Of a stretch of 64,000 nt of DNA, positions 1 through 8,244 are shown one piece after another. The stretch is from the IMG/VR virus record IMGVR_UViG_3300042376_001667. One strand, written 5' to 3'. This DNA comes from an uncultured virus (IMG/VR IMGVR_UViG_3300042376_001667). Taxonomy: Duplodnaviria > Heunggongvirae > Uroviricota > Caudoviricetes. Numbering within the stretch: the first letter of the stretch is position 1; the number at the start of each line of letters is the position of its first letter. Under the pieces are notes generated by a model. The model saw only the letters and a list, made by a program, of their open reading frames with translations, was not told the origin of the DNA and ran no database searches. A program made the position numbers and the translations under genes.

Positions 1-96
1 GGGTTACATTTGAATCAAAGAGTCTATATTCTAAAAGCATTAGAGTATTTAATTAGCGAAATTCCACTACCAACCCGAGTAGGCTTAAAGGATTAA

Positions 97-288
97 ATGG
101 ATAGACTAGCTACAGTATCAGAGGCAGTGACCGAGTATGTCTTTAACGTGGGTAGAGACAGAAAAGACTCTGCTTGGATTTTAAGCCCTCTTGACACATG
201 GCATAAAAATCCTTTTTACAAAGGGCCTCCTCAACCACATCCGGAAGATCCAGATGACGATTACTTTCTTTCTGAAGAAACACAATAG
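97..288 (+). CDS. hypothetical protein
   Basis: 63-aa ORF with AAGGA RBS upstream; no recognised motif. Confidence 0.6.
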   Translation: MDRLATVSEAVTEYVFNVGRDRKDSAWILSPLDTWHKNPFYKGPPQPHPEDPDDDYFLSEETQ

Positions 289-298
289 TTCTGTTGAA

Positions 299-622
299 AT
301 GCCGAGTTCTAGTTTCAACCCTCTTGAACCGGAAGATCCTATATATAATCCTAGAACCTTTAAGGAATCTATTTATCCTGAACTCAACGTATCTAATACA
401 ACAGCTAGCCAGCTTCTAAACACAATCGGTCTTTGGAAATACGATGAACCTTTCCCTCATGAAGGTTTGATTGAAAACAAGAAACTAGACGACTTGTGTA
501 AATATATTCAGAAGCTTATTACAAACTACGACGTTGAACCTCACTTGATAGACAGGTTACAGAGGCTTGATAGAGTTTTACGTTTTGCAATTGCTCTTAA
601 CGACGATGTTGTGTGGTGTTAA
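299..622 (+). CDS. hypothetical protein
   Basis: Part of ORF 191..622; ATG 299 avoids overlap with the upstream gene and the stop abuts the ligase start. Confidence 0.55.
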   Translation: MPSSSFNPLEPEDPIYNPRTFKESIYPELNVSNTTASQLLNTIGLWKYDEPFPHEGLIENKKLDDLCKYIQKLITNYDVEPHLIDRLQRLDRVLRFAIALNDDVVWC

Positions 623-624
623 AC

Positions 625-1521
625 ATGTTTAAACCAATGTTAGCTCCTGGAGAAGATCCATTGTCTTTTCCCGATTACTTTAAAAAGCTGCAATATCCAC
701 TGTTGTGTTCTCCGAAATACGACGGTGTACGAGCGGTAATTAAAGGTCGAAAAGCAATGTCAAGATCTTTCAAGCAATTGCCATCTTATCAAGTCCAATA
801 TGAGTTTTCAGAGTTCGAACATTTCGACGGTGAACTTATCGAAGGAACTGCTACTGATTTCAATGTTTACAATAGAACACAAAGTCATGTAATGTCTGTT
901 GATAAACCAGGTCAGCTTACATACTTTGTATTTGATTATACACATCCAGACTTTTTAAACAAGCCTTTTTACGAACGCCTTGAGTTTCTAGAACGATTCA
1001 TTGGCACTACAGGCCAAGTTCGATTCGTGCCTCATGAGTATGTAGAGACTTACGAAGAACTGATTGTCTATGAAAAGAAGTGTTTAGCTCAAGGCTTTGA
1101 AGGCATTATGATGCGAGACCCTATGGGTTTTTACAAGCCAGGCAGAGGTACGTTCAGAGAAGGTTTAATATATAAGCTAAAGCGTTTTAAAGACGCTGAA
1201 GGACTTATTGTTGATATTCTTCCAATGATGGTCAATAATAATGAACTTCAAACGGATGAGCTAGGTTACGCAAAAAGATCTTCAAGTAAAGCAGGTTTAG
1301 AAGAAGGAGATCTTGCAGGTAAGTACGTAGTGTTCTTTGAAGGGATGCATCTGGATATTGCTCCCGGTGCATTTACTCATGGTGAACGCTATGAGATGCT
1401 GCAAAATAAGGAAAAGTATATTGGAAAGAAACATCTTAAATTCAGATTTTTTAATCACGGTATAAAAGATAAACCACGGTTTCCAAGAGCAATTGGTTTA
1501 CGGGAGACACTTGACTTATGA
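625..1521 (+). CDS. lig: ATP-dependent DNA ligase
   Basis: MFKPMLA N-terminus, motif I KYDGVR, motif III FDGEL, motif IIIa YFVFD, motif IV FEGIMMR, motif V KLKRF, motif VI KPRFP. Confidence 0.95.
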   Translation: MFKPMLAPGEDPLSFPDYFKKLQYPLLCSPKYDGVRAVIKGRKAMSRSFKQLPSYQVQYEFSEFEHFDGELIEGTATDFNVYNRTQSHVMSVDKPGQLTYFVFDYTHPDFLNKPFYERLEFLERFIGTTGQVRFVPHEYVETYEELIVYEKKCLAQGFEGIMMRDPMGFYKPGRGTFREGLIYKLKRFKDAEGLIVDILPMMVNNNELQTDELGYAKRSSSKAGLEEGDLAGKYVVFFEGMHLDIAPGAFTHGERYEMLQNKEKYIGKKHLKFRFFNHGIKDKPRFPRAIGLRETLDL

Positions 1522-1689
1522 ATGAAGACTTTATAAAAGCGTTAGATAAAGCTGGATTCAATCTAACTGAGTTTCTTGATGTATATTCTAGTGAAATTGA
1601 GGAACTTATCGAAACAGGGCACTGCGATCTTACCTTAAGAGATAGCAATAAAGTTTGGAAACTTTACTTAACAATTAAGAAAGATTAAC

Positions 1690-2697
1690 ATGTCTGGAAT
1701 GAAAACTAACGTAATAAAGCTTGCTCTTAATCATAAGATTAAAGACTGGCTTTCGACAATTACTGATGAAAGTGTTAAGAAGCTTGCAGAAGCAAACACA
1801 CTGGTATCAGGTGGAGCTATTGCTTCAATGCTTGCCGGTGACAAAGTCAACGATTATGATATTTACTTTAGAAATCAAGAAACTGCACTCGCAATTGCAT
1901 ACTATTATGTAAATACGTTTAATAAAACAAAAGGAGAGCTAAAAGCAAAAGCAATTGCAAGCTGTAATCCAGAAGTTAAAGTGGAAACTCGTAAAAATAT
2001 TCGAAATGAAGAAGAAGCGCGTATCGTAATATACATAAAGTCTGCAGGTGTTGCTTCTGAATCTCAGACAACATATGAGTACTTTGAAAGCAGTCCTGAG
2101 ATTTCTAACGATGAATTTATGTCAAGTTTGAGCTCAGACGAGGGAGATGAGACTATTAATGAAATTCTAGTTACTGATCCTTACACCACAGCTCAAGAAC
2201 TTTCTGAAGATCTTAAGGATAAAAAGGTTAAATATCGTCCAATTTTCTTTTCAGAGAATGCCATTACACTGTCTCAAAAGGTTCAATTAGTAACGAGATT
2301 TTACGGTGAGCTAGATAAGATTCATGACAATTATGACTATGCGCATTCAATGTGCTGTTATGATTACGCCAAAGCTAATTTAATTATCCACGAAGAAGCC
2401 TTGCGAAGTATTCTTAGCAGATCGTTGATTTACAAAGGCTCGCTGTATCCTGTAGCAAGTTTGTTTAGGATTCGTAAGTTTATTAACAGAGGCTGGCGAA
2501 TTAGTGCTGGCCAAATGCTTAAGATCATCATGCAGCTTTCAAATGTTGATCTTAAGAATCCTGCCGTTCTCAAAGAGCAGCTAATTGGTGTTGATCAAGC
2601 GTACATGCATCAACTTATTGCAGCTTTGCAAAGTCAAGACAGCAATCGAGTTGATACCACATATCTGGCAAAACTAGTGGATGAGATTTTTGAATGA
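1690..2697 (+). CDS. nucleotidyltransferase-like protein (Pol-beta superfamily)
   Basis: VSGGAIAS...VNDYDIYF matches the hG[GS]x(9-13)DxD nucleotidyltransferase signature; C-terminal RIRKFINRGW is typical of phage members. Confidence 0.65.
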   Translation: MSGMKTNVIKLALNHKIKDWLSTITDESVKKLAEANTLVSGGAIASMLAGDKVNDYDIYFRNQETALAIAYYYVNTFNKTKGELKAKAIASCNPEVKVETRKNIRNEEEARIVIYIKSAGVASESQTTYEYFESSPEISNDEFMSSLSSDEGDETINEILVTDPYTTAQELSEDLKDKKVKYRPIFFSENAITLSQKVQLVTRFYGELDKIHDNYDYAHSMCCYDYAKANLIIHEEALRSILSRSLIYKGSLYPVASLFRIRKFINRGWRISAGQMLKIIMQLSNVDLKNPAVLKEQLIGVDQAYMHQLIAALQSQDSNRVDTTYLAKLVDEIFE

Positions 2698-2882
2698 TTA
2701 AAGAAGGCGAACGTTGGATGACTCGTAATGGAGAAATTTTCACAATTTTCTCTATAGGTACGGATAAAGAATTTCCGATTATTGCAATTAACGATAAAAA
2801 GCGATTGGAAAAGTTCACACGAGATGGTTATCTTGTGAACAAAACTTTTCCTAAATCCGGAGACTTGGTAACACCGCTATGA
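2694..2882 (+). CDS. hypothetical protein
   Basis: ATGA translational coupling with both neighbours. Confidence 0.6.
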   Translation: MIKEGERWMTRNGEIFTIFSIGTDKEFPIIAINDKKRLEKFTRDGYLVNKTFPKSGDLVTPL

Positions 2883-3142
2883 CTAACCAAAATAATACTG
2901 AATTTCTCGTAGATGTAATGGAATTTAGTAAAAGCGGACCTTTAATGCAAATCTTTGTTATTGAAGCTTTGCGCTATTACTCTGAACTTGTTTCTAAAAC
3001 GGAGGCTACCGAGACTGAAAAAGATTTTGTTTCATTGATTAATCCAAAAGCTTGGCGGGAAACTGCCAAAGAACTTCATAAACTTTTGACTGAAAAATAT
3101 GAGCCTAAAACCACTGGTGATCTACCACAAAAACTGTCTTGA
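2879..3142 (+). CDS. hypothetical protein
   Basis: ATGA-coupled 87-aa ORF. Confidence 0.6.
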   Translation: MTNQNNTEFLVDVMEFSKSGPLMQIFVIEALRYYSELVSKTEATETEKDFVSLINPKAWRETAKELHKLLTEKYEPKTTGDLPQKLS

Positions 3143-3941
3143 TGGCTTTGCTGCAGCCTGGTGCTTTCATCGGATTGCACAACTAAATATATACCCGCAA
3201 GGTATCGATTTTCATGCAGCTTCATACAATAAAGAACCTCCGAATGTAAGGGATCGTGACGTTTTTATTGTAGATTTCTCTTATCCTCGAGATGTCACAG
3301 AGAAGATGCTTCAAGATGTTCTTAACCTTACAATCCTTGACCATCACGAATCTGCAATAAGGAATCTTGAAGGCTTAGTTCACTATAAGCTTAAAATGAT
3401 TCTTGATAAAAGTCGTAGCGGTGCAAGGATTGCTTGGGATTTTTGTTTCGGCAATTGGGCTGAACCTCCTATGGTTCTTAAGCATATTGAAGACAGAGAT
3501 CTCTGGCTGTTCCATCTCCCTAACACCCGTCATATTGCAGCTGTTGTTGCGCTTGGCGGATTTGACTTTAAGGAGTACGATAAGCTTATGCTTGATCCTG
3601 ACATGGATCGTCTTATTGAAGCAGGAATGATTCTCGATAAACACCAGCAAAAGGCTGTCAAAGACTTGGCCAATCATGCTAGGCCTATGGTTATTGGTGG
3701 TCATATGGTTCCGTGTGTTAATGCACCTTTCATGTTTGCTAGCGATATTGGTAATTTGCTCTCAGAGGATGTGCCATTTGCTGCTAGCTATTTTGACAGT
3801 GAACATTCACGAATGTTCTCGCTTCGATCGAGACCTGGAGGCCTTAACGTATCGTTGATTGCTGAGAGGTATAACGGTGGCGGTCATGAACATGCTGCCG
3901 GTTTTAAGGTCGATCGAGATCACGATCTTGCAAAATCTTAA
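3099..3941 (+). CDS. DHH/DHHA1 family phosphoesterase (nanoRNase NrnB-like)
   Basis: YHxxCLDG, IVDFS, ILDHH, DRDLW and C-terminal SLRS...GGGHxxAAG motifs. Confidence 0.9.
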   Translation: MSLKPLVIYHKNCLDGFAAAWCFHRIAQLNIYPQGIDFHAASYNKEPPNVRDRDVFIVDFSYPRDVTEKMLQDVLNLTILDHHESAIRNLEGLVHYKLKMILDKSRSGARIAWDFCFGNWAEPPMVLKHIEDRDLWLFHLPNTRHIAAVVALGGFDFKEYDKLMLDPDMDRLIEAGMILDKHQQKAVKDLANHARPMVIGGHMVPCVNAPFMFASDIGNLLSEDVPFAASYFDSEHSRMFSLRSRPGGLNVSLIAERYNGGGHEHAAGFKVDRDHDLAKS

Positions 3942-3952
3942 AGGATATTGAT

Positions 3953-4168
3953 ATGAATAAATCTCTGGTAAATTCTTTAGGTCAAGCTCAAAAAGAACTT
4001 GAGCTGGCTTCCAAAGCATTCCAAGAAGCTCAAGATGCTTTTATCAAAGCTCAAAACAAGCTTCAAACGACAGAAGATCGTTATAACACAGCTTTGGCGA
4101 CTCTCGTTTCTCAATCTGCAGCTGTTAGACAGCAAAACAAGGTAGTACCCTTGACTGTTAAGTTCTAA
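3953..4168 (+). CDS. hypothetical coiled-coil protein
   Basis: AAGGA RBS; heptad-like Q/E/A/L-rich sequence. Confidence 0.65.
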   Translation: MNKSLVNSLGQAQKELELASKAFQEAQDAFIKAQNKLQTTEDRYNTALATLVSQSAAVRQQNKVVPLTVKF

Positions 4169-4313
4169 CAAATATGCAAAATTAGCGGCCTCAGGGCGCA
4201 CTCGGGGCCGTTCCGAGTGGGGTGGCCAAGGCACGCCAAAAAAGTTGCAAGTAGGGTACTTTCTGGCCCAACATGGGGTACTTTAGGAGACTGCAGTGTA
4301 CGACACCAGCTAA

Positions 4314-4329
4314 CCCGTTAACTTAACCC
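4314..4329 (+). promoter_or_regulatory. variant copy of repeated motif (CCCGTTAACTTAACCC), candidate phage RNAP promoter
   Basis: 14/16 identical to the exact copies at 24193 and 49001; intergenic, upstream of a strongly codon-biased gene. Confidence 0.55.
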
Positions 4330-4468
4330 TTATTCTGAAAATAAAGGTTCGCAATACCATTCGCGTTAGAAATGGTTCATGAATGTGTCTTAATCTGTTT
4401 CTATAAACCAAAGGAGTTGATCATGTTAATCAATCATTAGTGATGCCGTGCATCAGAAGGATATCAAA

Positions 4469-5044
4469 ATGGAATTGCGTCAAGTATTCACCACCCCCGA
4501 TGGCAAGACTTTCGACACCAAGGCTGAGGCTTTGACCTATCTGCGTCGTCCTAAGATCAAAGAGGCGATGATGAAGGTTACGGGTGGTAATGCTGAGCTT
4601 TCTGACTGGTTGATTGAAAACCAGGAGAAGGTCGAGGTGGCTTTTGAGACTGGCACCATTCGGCGTGTTACTAAGAGCGAACACAACAAGCTTGCTAAGG
4701 CTTTGGATGCTATGAAGGAAATTCAAGGGAATTCCAAGATTGCTTTCCTGCAAGAAAATGCAGGTGCGATTCTGGATTCGTTCCGTTGGCCTTCCGTCAA
4801 GCGCATGGATGAAGCTGAAAAGGCAACGGCTGCGCGCAACACTCTGGTTGCTGCTAGCGAAGGTAACGAGAAGCTGGCTGAGTGGGTTCTTGGTAACAAG
4901 GACGCTATCCTGGCTGCTTATGAGGCTGGTATTGAGAAGAAGCAGATTAATGCTAAGGCTCAAGAAGGTCTTGCTGCTTATCGCGCTAAGATGGCTGCTC
5001 AAAAGGCAGCTGCAGCTGCAGCTGAAGGTAAGGCCGCAGAGTGA
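4469..5044 (+). CDS. hypothetical protein, probably highly expressed
   Basis: AAGGA RBS before ATG 4469; GCT/AAG/CGT codon bias like the capsid gene; Ala/Lys-rich C-terminus. Confidence 0.8.
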   Translation: MELRQVFTTPDGKTFDTKAEALTYLRRPKIKEAMMKVTGGNAELSDWLIENQEKVEVAFETGTIRRVTKSEHNKLAKALDAMKEIQGNSKIAFLQENAGAILDSFRWPSVKRMDEAEKATAARNTLVAASEGNEKLAEWVLGNKDAILAAYEAGIEKKQINAKAQEGLAAYRAKMAAQKAAAAAAEGKAAE

Positions 5045-5049
5045 TATAA

Positions 5050-5153
5050 CAAAACCACTTCCTCAAGTCTTAAATCATCCTCACGGAAGAGCTGTACTTG
5101 GCTCGTTGATTTAGACTTGAGGGTGTCATCTGTTATAGATACATGTGGTTTTG
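5050..5153 (+). ncRNA. candidate multibranch structured RNA
   Basis: CAAAACCAC(5050-58)/GTGGTTTTG(5145-53) closing stem enclosing CCTCAAGTCTTAAATCA/TGATTTAGACTTGAGG and smaller hairpins. Confidence 0.5.
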
Positions 5154-5276
5154 GTTGTAGACCACCAAGTCTTTAAACTGGAATGTAGACCTGAGTAAGT
5201 CTTAAAATCTGCTTGTTGAAAAATCTTTAGGTTAATCAAGTTCAGTCTCCTTTCGGGATTTGCTTAGAGGTTTTAT

Positions 5277-5319
5277 TCCCTCCTGAGTTTACTTAATTGT
5301 AGCTCAGGAGGGATTTTTT
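5277..5319 (+). terminator. Rho-independent terminator
   Basis: TCCCTCCTGAG...CTCAGGAGGGA stem followed by TTTTTT. Confidence 0.85.
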
Positions 5320-5340
5320 ATTCAATACAGGAGTCTTCAA

Positions 5341-5505
5341 ATGATGTTTAATTGTTTTCGTCTTAAAATAAACGGTCGTACTTTCGGATTCTTCAAGTCT
5401 GAACAATCGGCCGAACTTGTTAAAAACAGTCTTGATGAAATGGGTCTAATCTATGGAGAAGAATGGCATATCACCGGTGAGTATGTTCCTGATCTAACTT
5501 GGTAG
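5341..5505 (+). CDS. small hypothetical protein (54 aa, below ORF track cutoff)
   Basis: AGGAG RBS; MMFNCFRLKINGRTFGFF...VPDLTW*. Confidence 0.6.
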   Translation: MMFNCFRLKINGRTFGFFKSEQSAELVKNSLDEMGLIYGEEWHITGEYVPDLTW

Positions 5506-5515
5506 TATAATCAGT

Positions 5516-5592
5516 GGGCTGTTAGCTCAGTTGGTCAGAGCAGACGACTCATAATCGTTTGGTCGTAGGTTCAAGTCCTACACAGCCTACCA
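5516..5592 (+). tRNA. tRNA-CAT, most likely Ile2 (lysidine-modified) rather than Met
   Basis: Full cloverleaf with CCA; anticodon arm GACGA-CTCATAA-TCGTT closely resembles bacterial tRNA-Ile2 (GGCGA-CTCATAA-TCGCT). Confidence 0.9.
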
Positions 5593-5637
5593 TAATGTAT
5601 CAAATGGCACGAGTGGCCGATACAATGAAAGAATTGA

Positions 5638-5895
5638 ATGAATCACAGTCAACTTCAACGAATTGAACGAGTTCTATCTGCAGAACTTGCAAGACATTAC
5701 GAAGATTTGTGTTTTTATAAAAACAGCATCACAAAATTTTGGGAACGCTCAGTCCCTGATACGCTTGAAGGTAATAGTTATTTTAAAACTCTTAACGTTT
5801 ATAAAAACGACTATCGTAGAGTTTTGAATAATATCAAGAAGCTTGAAGAAACTCAGAGAGCAATTCGTAAGATTCTTCGTAAGCGATCGTTTTAA
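5638..5895 (+). CDS. hypothetical protein
   Basis: 85-aa ORF between RNA genes. Confidence 0.6.
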   Translation: MNHSQLQRIERVLSAELARHYEDLCFYKNSITKFWERSVPDTLEGNSYFKTLNVYKNDYRRVLNNIKKLEETQRAIRKILRKRSF

Positions 5896-5899
5896 TTAA

Positions 5900-6046
5900 T
5901 TCCCGACGGGGAAACGCGGCGAAAGTCGCTCATGTTGGGCTAAGAGTTGCTAATACATAACACATGTGGGCAACTTAACAGTGCGCTGACGAGTGCTCCT
6001 TTCACACTCCAGGCTCACGCGGAGAACAATGTGTTACGTGAGACAT
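5900..6046 (+). ncRNA. candidate structured RNA immediately 5' of tRNA-Thr
   Basis: Hairpins TTCCC/GGGAA and GCGGC-GAAA-GTCGC; AGTTGC/GCAACT stem whose loop (ACATAACACAT) is complementary to ATGTGTTACGT at 6029-6039. Confidence 0.45.
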
Positions 6047-6122
6047 GCCACTTTAGCTCAGTTGGTAGAGCAGTACCCTTGTAAGGTAAAGGTCGTCTGT
6101 TCGAGTCAGATAAGTGGCACCA
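6047..6122 (+). tRNA. tRNA-Thr(TGT)
   Basis: GCCACTT/AAGTGGC acceptor stem, CT-TGT-AA anticodon loop, GTTCGAGTC T-loop, CCA. Confidence 0.92.
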
Positions 6123-6143
6123 CAAATCTTTAAAGGATTTTAA

Positions 6144-7250
6144 ATGAAACCGTTGAATTTTTTCGAAAAAGCTGAAACCGGTCTTAGAATGCAATATCTT
6201 GCCAGGCTTCCACTTAAAGATGCTGTAGAAAAAACAAAAGAAGAACTTAATATTGGAAAACATGGCGTAAAATTCATGCTACCTGTTGGAGGTAGATTTT
6301 TTGAGAAGCCTCTAAAAGGTTTACAAGGAACTCCTCTTAAAATGCCATTTCCAGTTTGTGTGCTAGAATATGAAGTTAATGAAGAACTAGGAATTTTATC
6401 TGTAGGTGCTTTTGGACTTTCTGTCGAAAATCCTGCTAAAAAACGGGTTATAATTGTAAAAGACACAAATGAATATCTTGAATTGTTTTGTATATTTTCA
6501 GTAGATAATCCAGCAATGTTCCGATTGATGGGTTCATGGACTACTTTGCCAGGTACGTGTAGAATATATCGAAACGCAGAAAGTAATGTTAAAGAAGTTA
6601 AGTCGTTAGACATTATTTCTACAACAAGAACTAAATTGGCAGATGCTTCTAAAATGAGTAAAGAGCAAATGATTTCTGCCGGAATGCCTAAGGACTTAGT
6701 TGAAGCCTTATTTACTCCAGAGTTTGAACCTGCATTAAAGGCTATAAGACGCATAAGTATAGATCCGAAATTAGCTGATAGACTCGTATCAGCGTCTTCA
6801 GTTAAAAATTATAATGCAGTAGAGATTGATACTATTAGGAAAATTGAAGTTAATCCATTTATGGATCTTGGACGTGAAACTATAAATTTAGAGCAAGACT
6901 ATCAAGAAGAAATTAGCGTAGTTCTTGGCTTTATAGAAGCTCTTAACTGTAATAATGTTAAGATTTCTGATTTAGATAAAAGGCAGAAGCGTAAAGGAAC
7001 TAAACTGTTACCTTCTAAGGATAAATATCAATACAAAATTCTTACAATAGACTCTCAGAAACGCTACAATACAAACTCTAAAAATTCTGGTATAACTGTT
7101 GCTGAACGACACTCACCAAGAGAACATTTGAGAAGGGGTCATATTAGGACTCAACATTATAAAGATAGAATCAAGAAAATATGGATCAACTCTACAGTTG
7201 TAAATGCAGGTAAAGGCAGCAGAATCGATAAAGAGTATTTGGTAAGTTAA
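6144..7250 (+). CDS. hypothetical phage protein
   Basis: 368 aa, AAGGA RBS; C-terminal SPREHLRRGHIR...W motif of a kind common in uncharacterised phage proteins. Confidence 0.8.
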   Translation: MKPLNFFEKAETGLRMQYLARLPLKDAVEKTKEELNIGKHGVKFMLPVGGRFFEKPLKGLQGTPLKMPFPVCVLEYEVNEELGILSVGAFGLSVENPAKKRVIIVKDTNEYLELFCIFSVDNPAMFRLMGSWTTLPGTCRIYRNAESNVKEVKSLDIISTTRTKLADASKMSKEQMISAGMPKDLVEALFTPEFEPALKAIRRISIDPKLADRLVSASSVKNYNAVEIDTIRKIEVNPFMDLGRETINLEQDYQEEISVVLGFIEALNCNNVKISDLDKRQKRKGTKLLPSKDKYQYKILTIDSQKRYNTNSKNSGITVAERHSPREHLRRGHIRTQHYKDRIKKIWINSTVVNAGKGSRIDKEYLVS

Positions 7251-7285
7251 CATAAAAGCACGCGTGGCTAAATAATTTGCTAGAT

Positions 7286-7355
7286 TCCTCGGTAGCTCAG
7301 TTGGTAGAGCATTAGGATTGCCTGAAGGTCCTTGGTTCAAATCCAAATCGAGGGA
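7286..7355 (+). pseudogene. tRNA-like element with a 4-nt anticodon loop
   Basis: Acceptor TCCTCGG/TCGAGGG, D-arm GCTC-AGTTGGTA-GAGC, T-loop TTCAAAT; anticodon arm TTAGG-ATTG-CCTGA; no encoded CCA. Confidence 0.75.
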
Positions 7356-7549
7356 TTATATTTTATAGGAGGCCTTATGGATGATTTAGAAGCATTGTTT
7401 CATATATTCGGCGAAAATGCTGTTTATATTGATGAAAAATTTTTTGAACAACTAGAAAAAAATCTTCCAAAAACAGATCCTGAAACTGATGAAGGGAGTA
7501 TTGACTATGTAACTTAGCGTTAGTGTTTTTAATTAATGAGGGCTTTGAG

Positions 7550-7711
7550 ATGAGTACTGAAGAAAAAGCACAAAAAGAAAGAGAAAATCTCCTAAATCTT
7601 GCAGATGACATGGCAGAAGCTGCTACTGACTTTAAAGGTCAAGGCTATCGTCTATTCATTGCTGCGCGTCAACGTTTTAAGGAATGCCTAGACAGCTTGT
7701 CTATAAAATAA
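7550..7711 (+). CDS. hypothetical protein
   Basis: GAGG upstream of ATG 7550 within ORF 7523..7711. Confidence 0.55.
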   Translation: MSTEEKAQKERENLLNLADDMAEAATDFKGQGYRLFIAARQRFKECLDSLSIK

Positions 7712-7838
7712 TAAAGAATACCTTGCTATTAAACCTTTAACAGGACTAGCATAATGGAGGTTTAATAGCTGTTACAAAAAGCTTTACCCGATGCGGTGGC
7801 TAGAAAAGCTAGCAAGCTAAAGCCTTATGCTTGCAAAT

Positions 7839-7914
7839 AGGACGTTAGCTCAGCCGGTAGAGCAGTAGACTTTTAATCTATTGGTCGTGGGTTCGAATCC
7901 CGCACGTCCTACCA
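7839..7914 (+). tRNA. tRNA-Lys(TTT)
   Basis: AGGACGT/ACGTCCT acceptor, GTAGA-CTTTTAA-TCTAT anticodon arm, GTTCGAATC, CCA. Confidence 0.95.
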
Positions 7915-7936
7915 AACACAACTTCGAAGGTATAAA

Positions 7937-8146
7937 ATGAAACTTGACTTTGAAACTTATGAGCCTCCTAAGCCTGCACGTTTTTGGTGTAAGAGGTGTG
8001 ATGACAAAGTTGTTGATTCTCAGAAGCCTCAAACCGGCAAATTTTTTATTATTGACGGACATACTTATAACAGCAAGACCAACAACTATGATGGCAACTA
8101 TGATGTTTTGATGTTTGCAGTTTGCAACAGTTGTATTAATAGATAA
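7937..8146 (+). CDS. small putative zinc-binding protein
   Basis: CKRC and CNSC pairs; GAAGG RBS. Confidence 0.6.
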   Translation: MKLDFETYEPPKPARFWCKRCDDKVVDSQKPQTGKFFIIDGHTYNSKTNNYDGNYDVLMFAVCNSCINR

Positions 8147-8154
8147 AAATTAAA

Positions 8155-8242
8155 GCCTGGGTGGTGAAATCGGTAGACACAGCGGACTTAAAATCCGCCG
8201 CCTTAAAACGGCATACGGGTTCGAGTCCCGTCCTAGGCACCA
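8155..8242 (+). tRNA. tRNA-Leu(TAA)
   Basis: GCCTGGG/CCTAGGC acceptor, GCGGA-CTTAAAA-TCCGC anticodon arm, long variable arm, CCA. Confidence 0.95.
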
Positions 8243-8244
8243 TT

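Noticed and set aside
5908..5996. Hammerhead ribozyme suggested by GAAAC and CTGACGA
   Set aside because: Stems I and II cannot be formed adjacent to the core nucleotides in any permutation I tried
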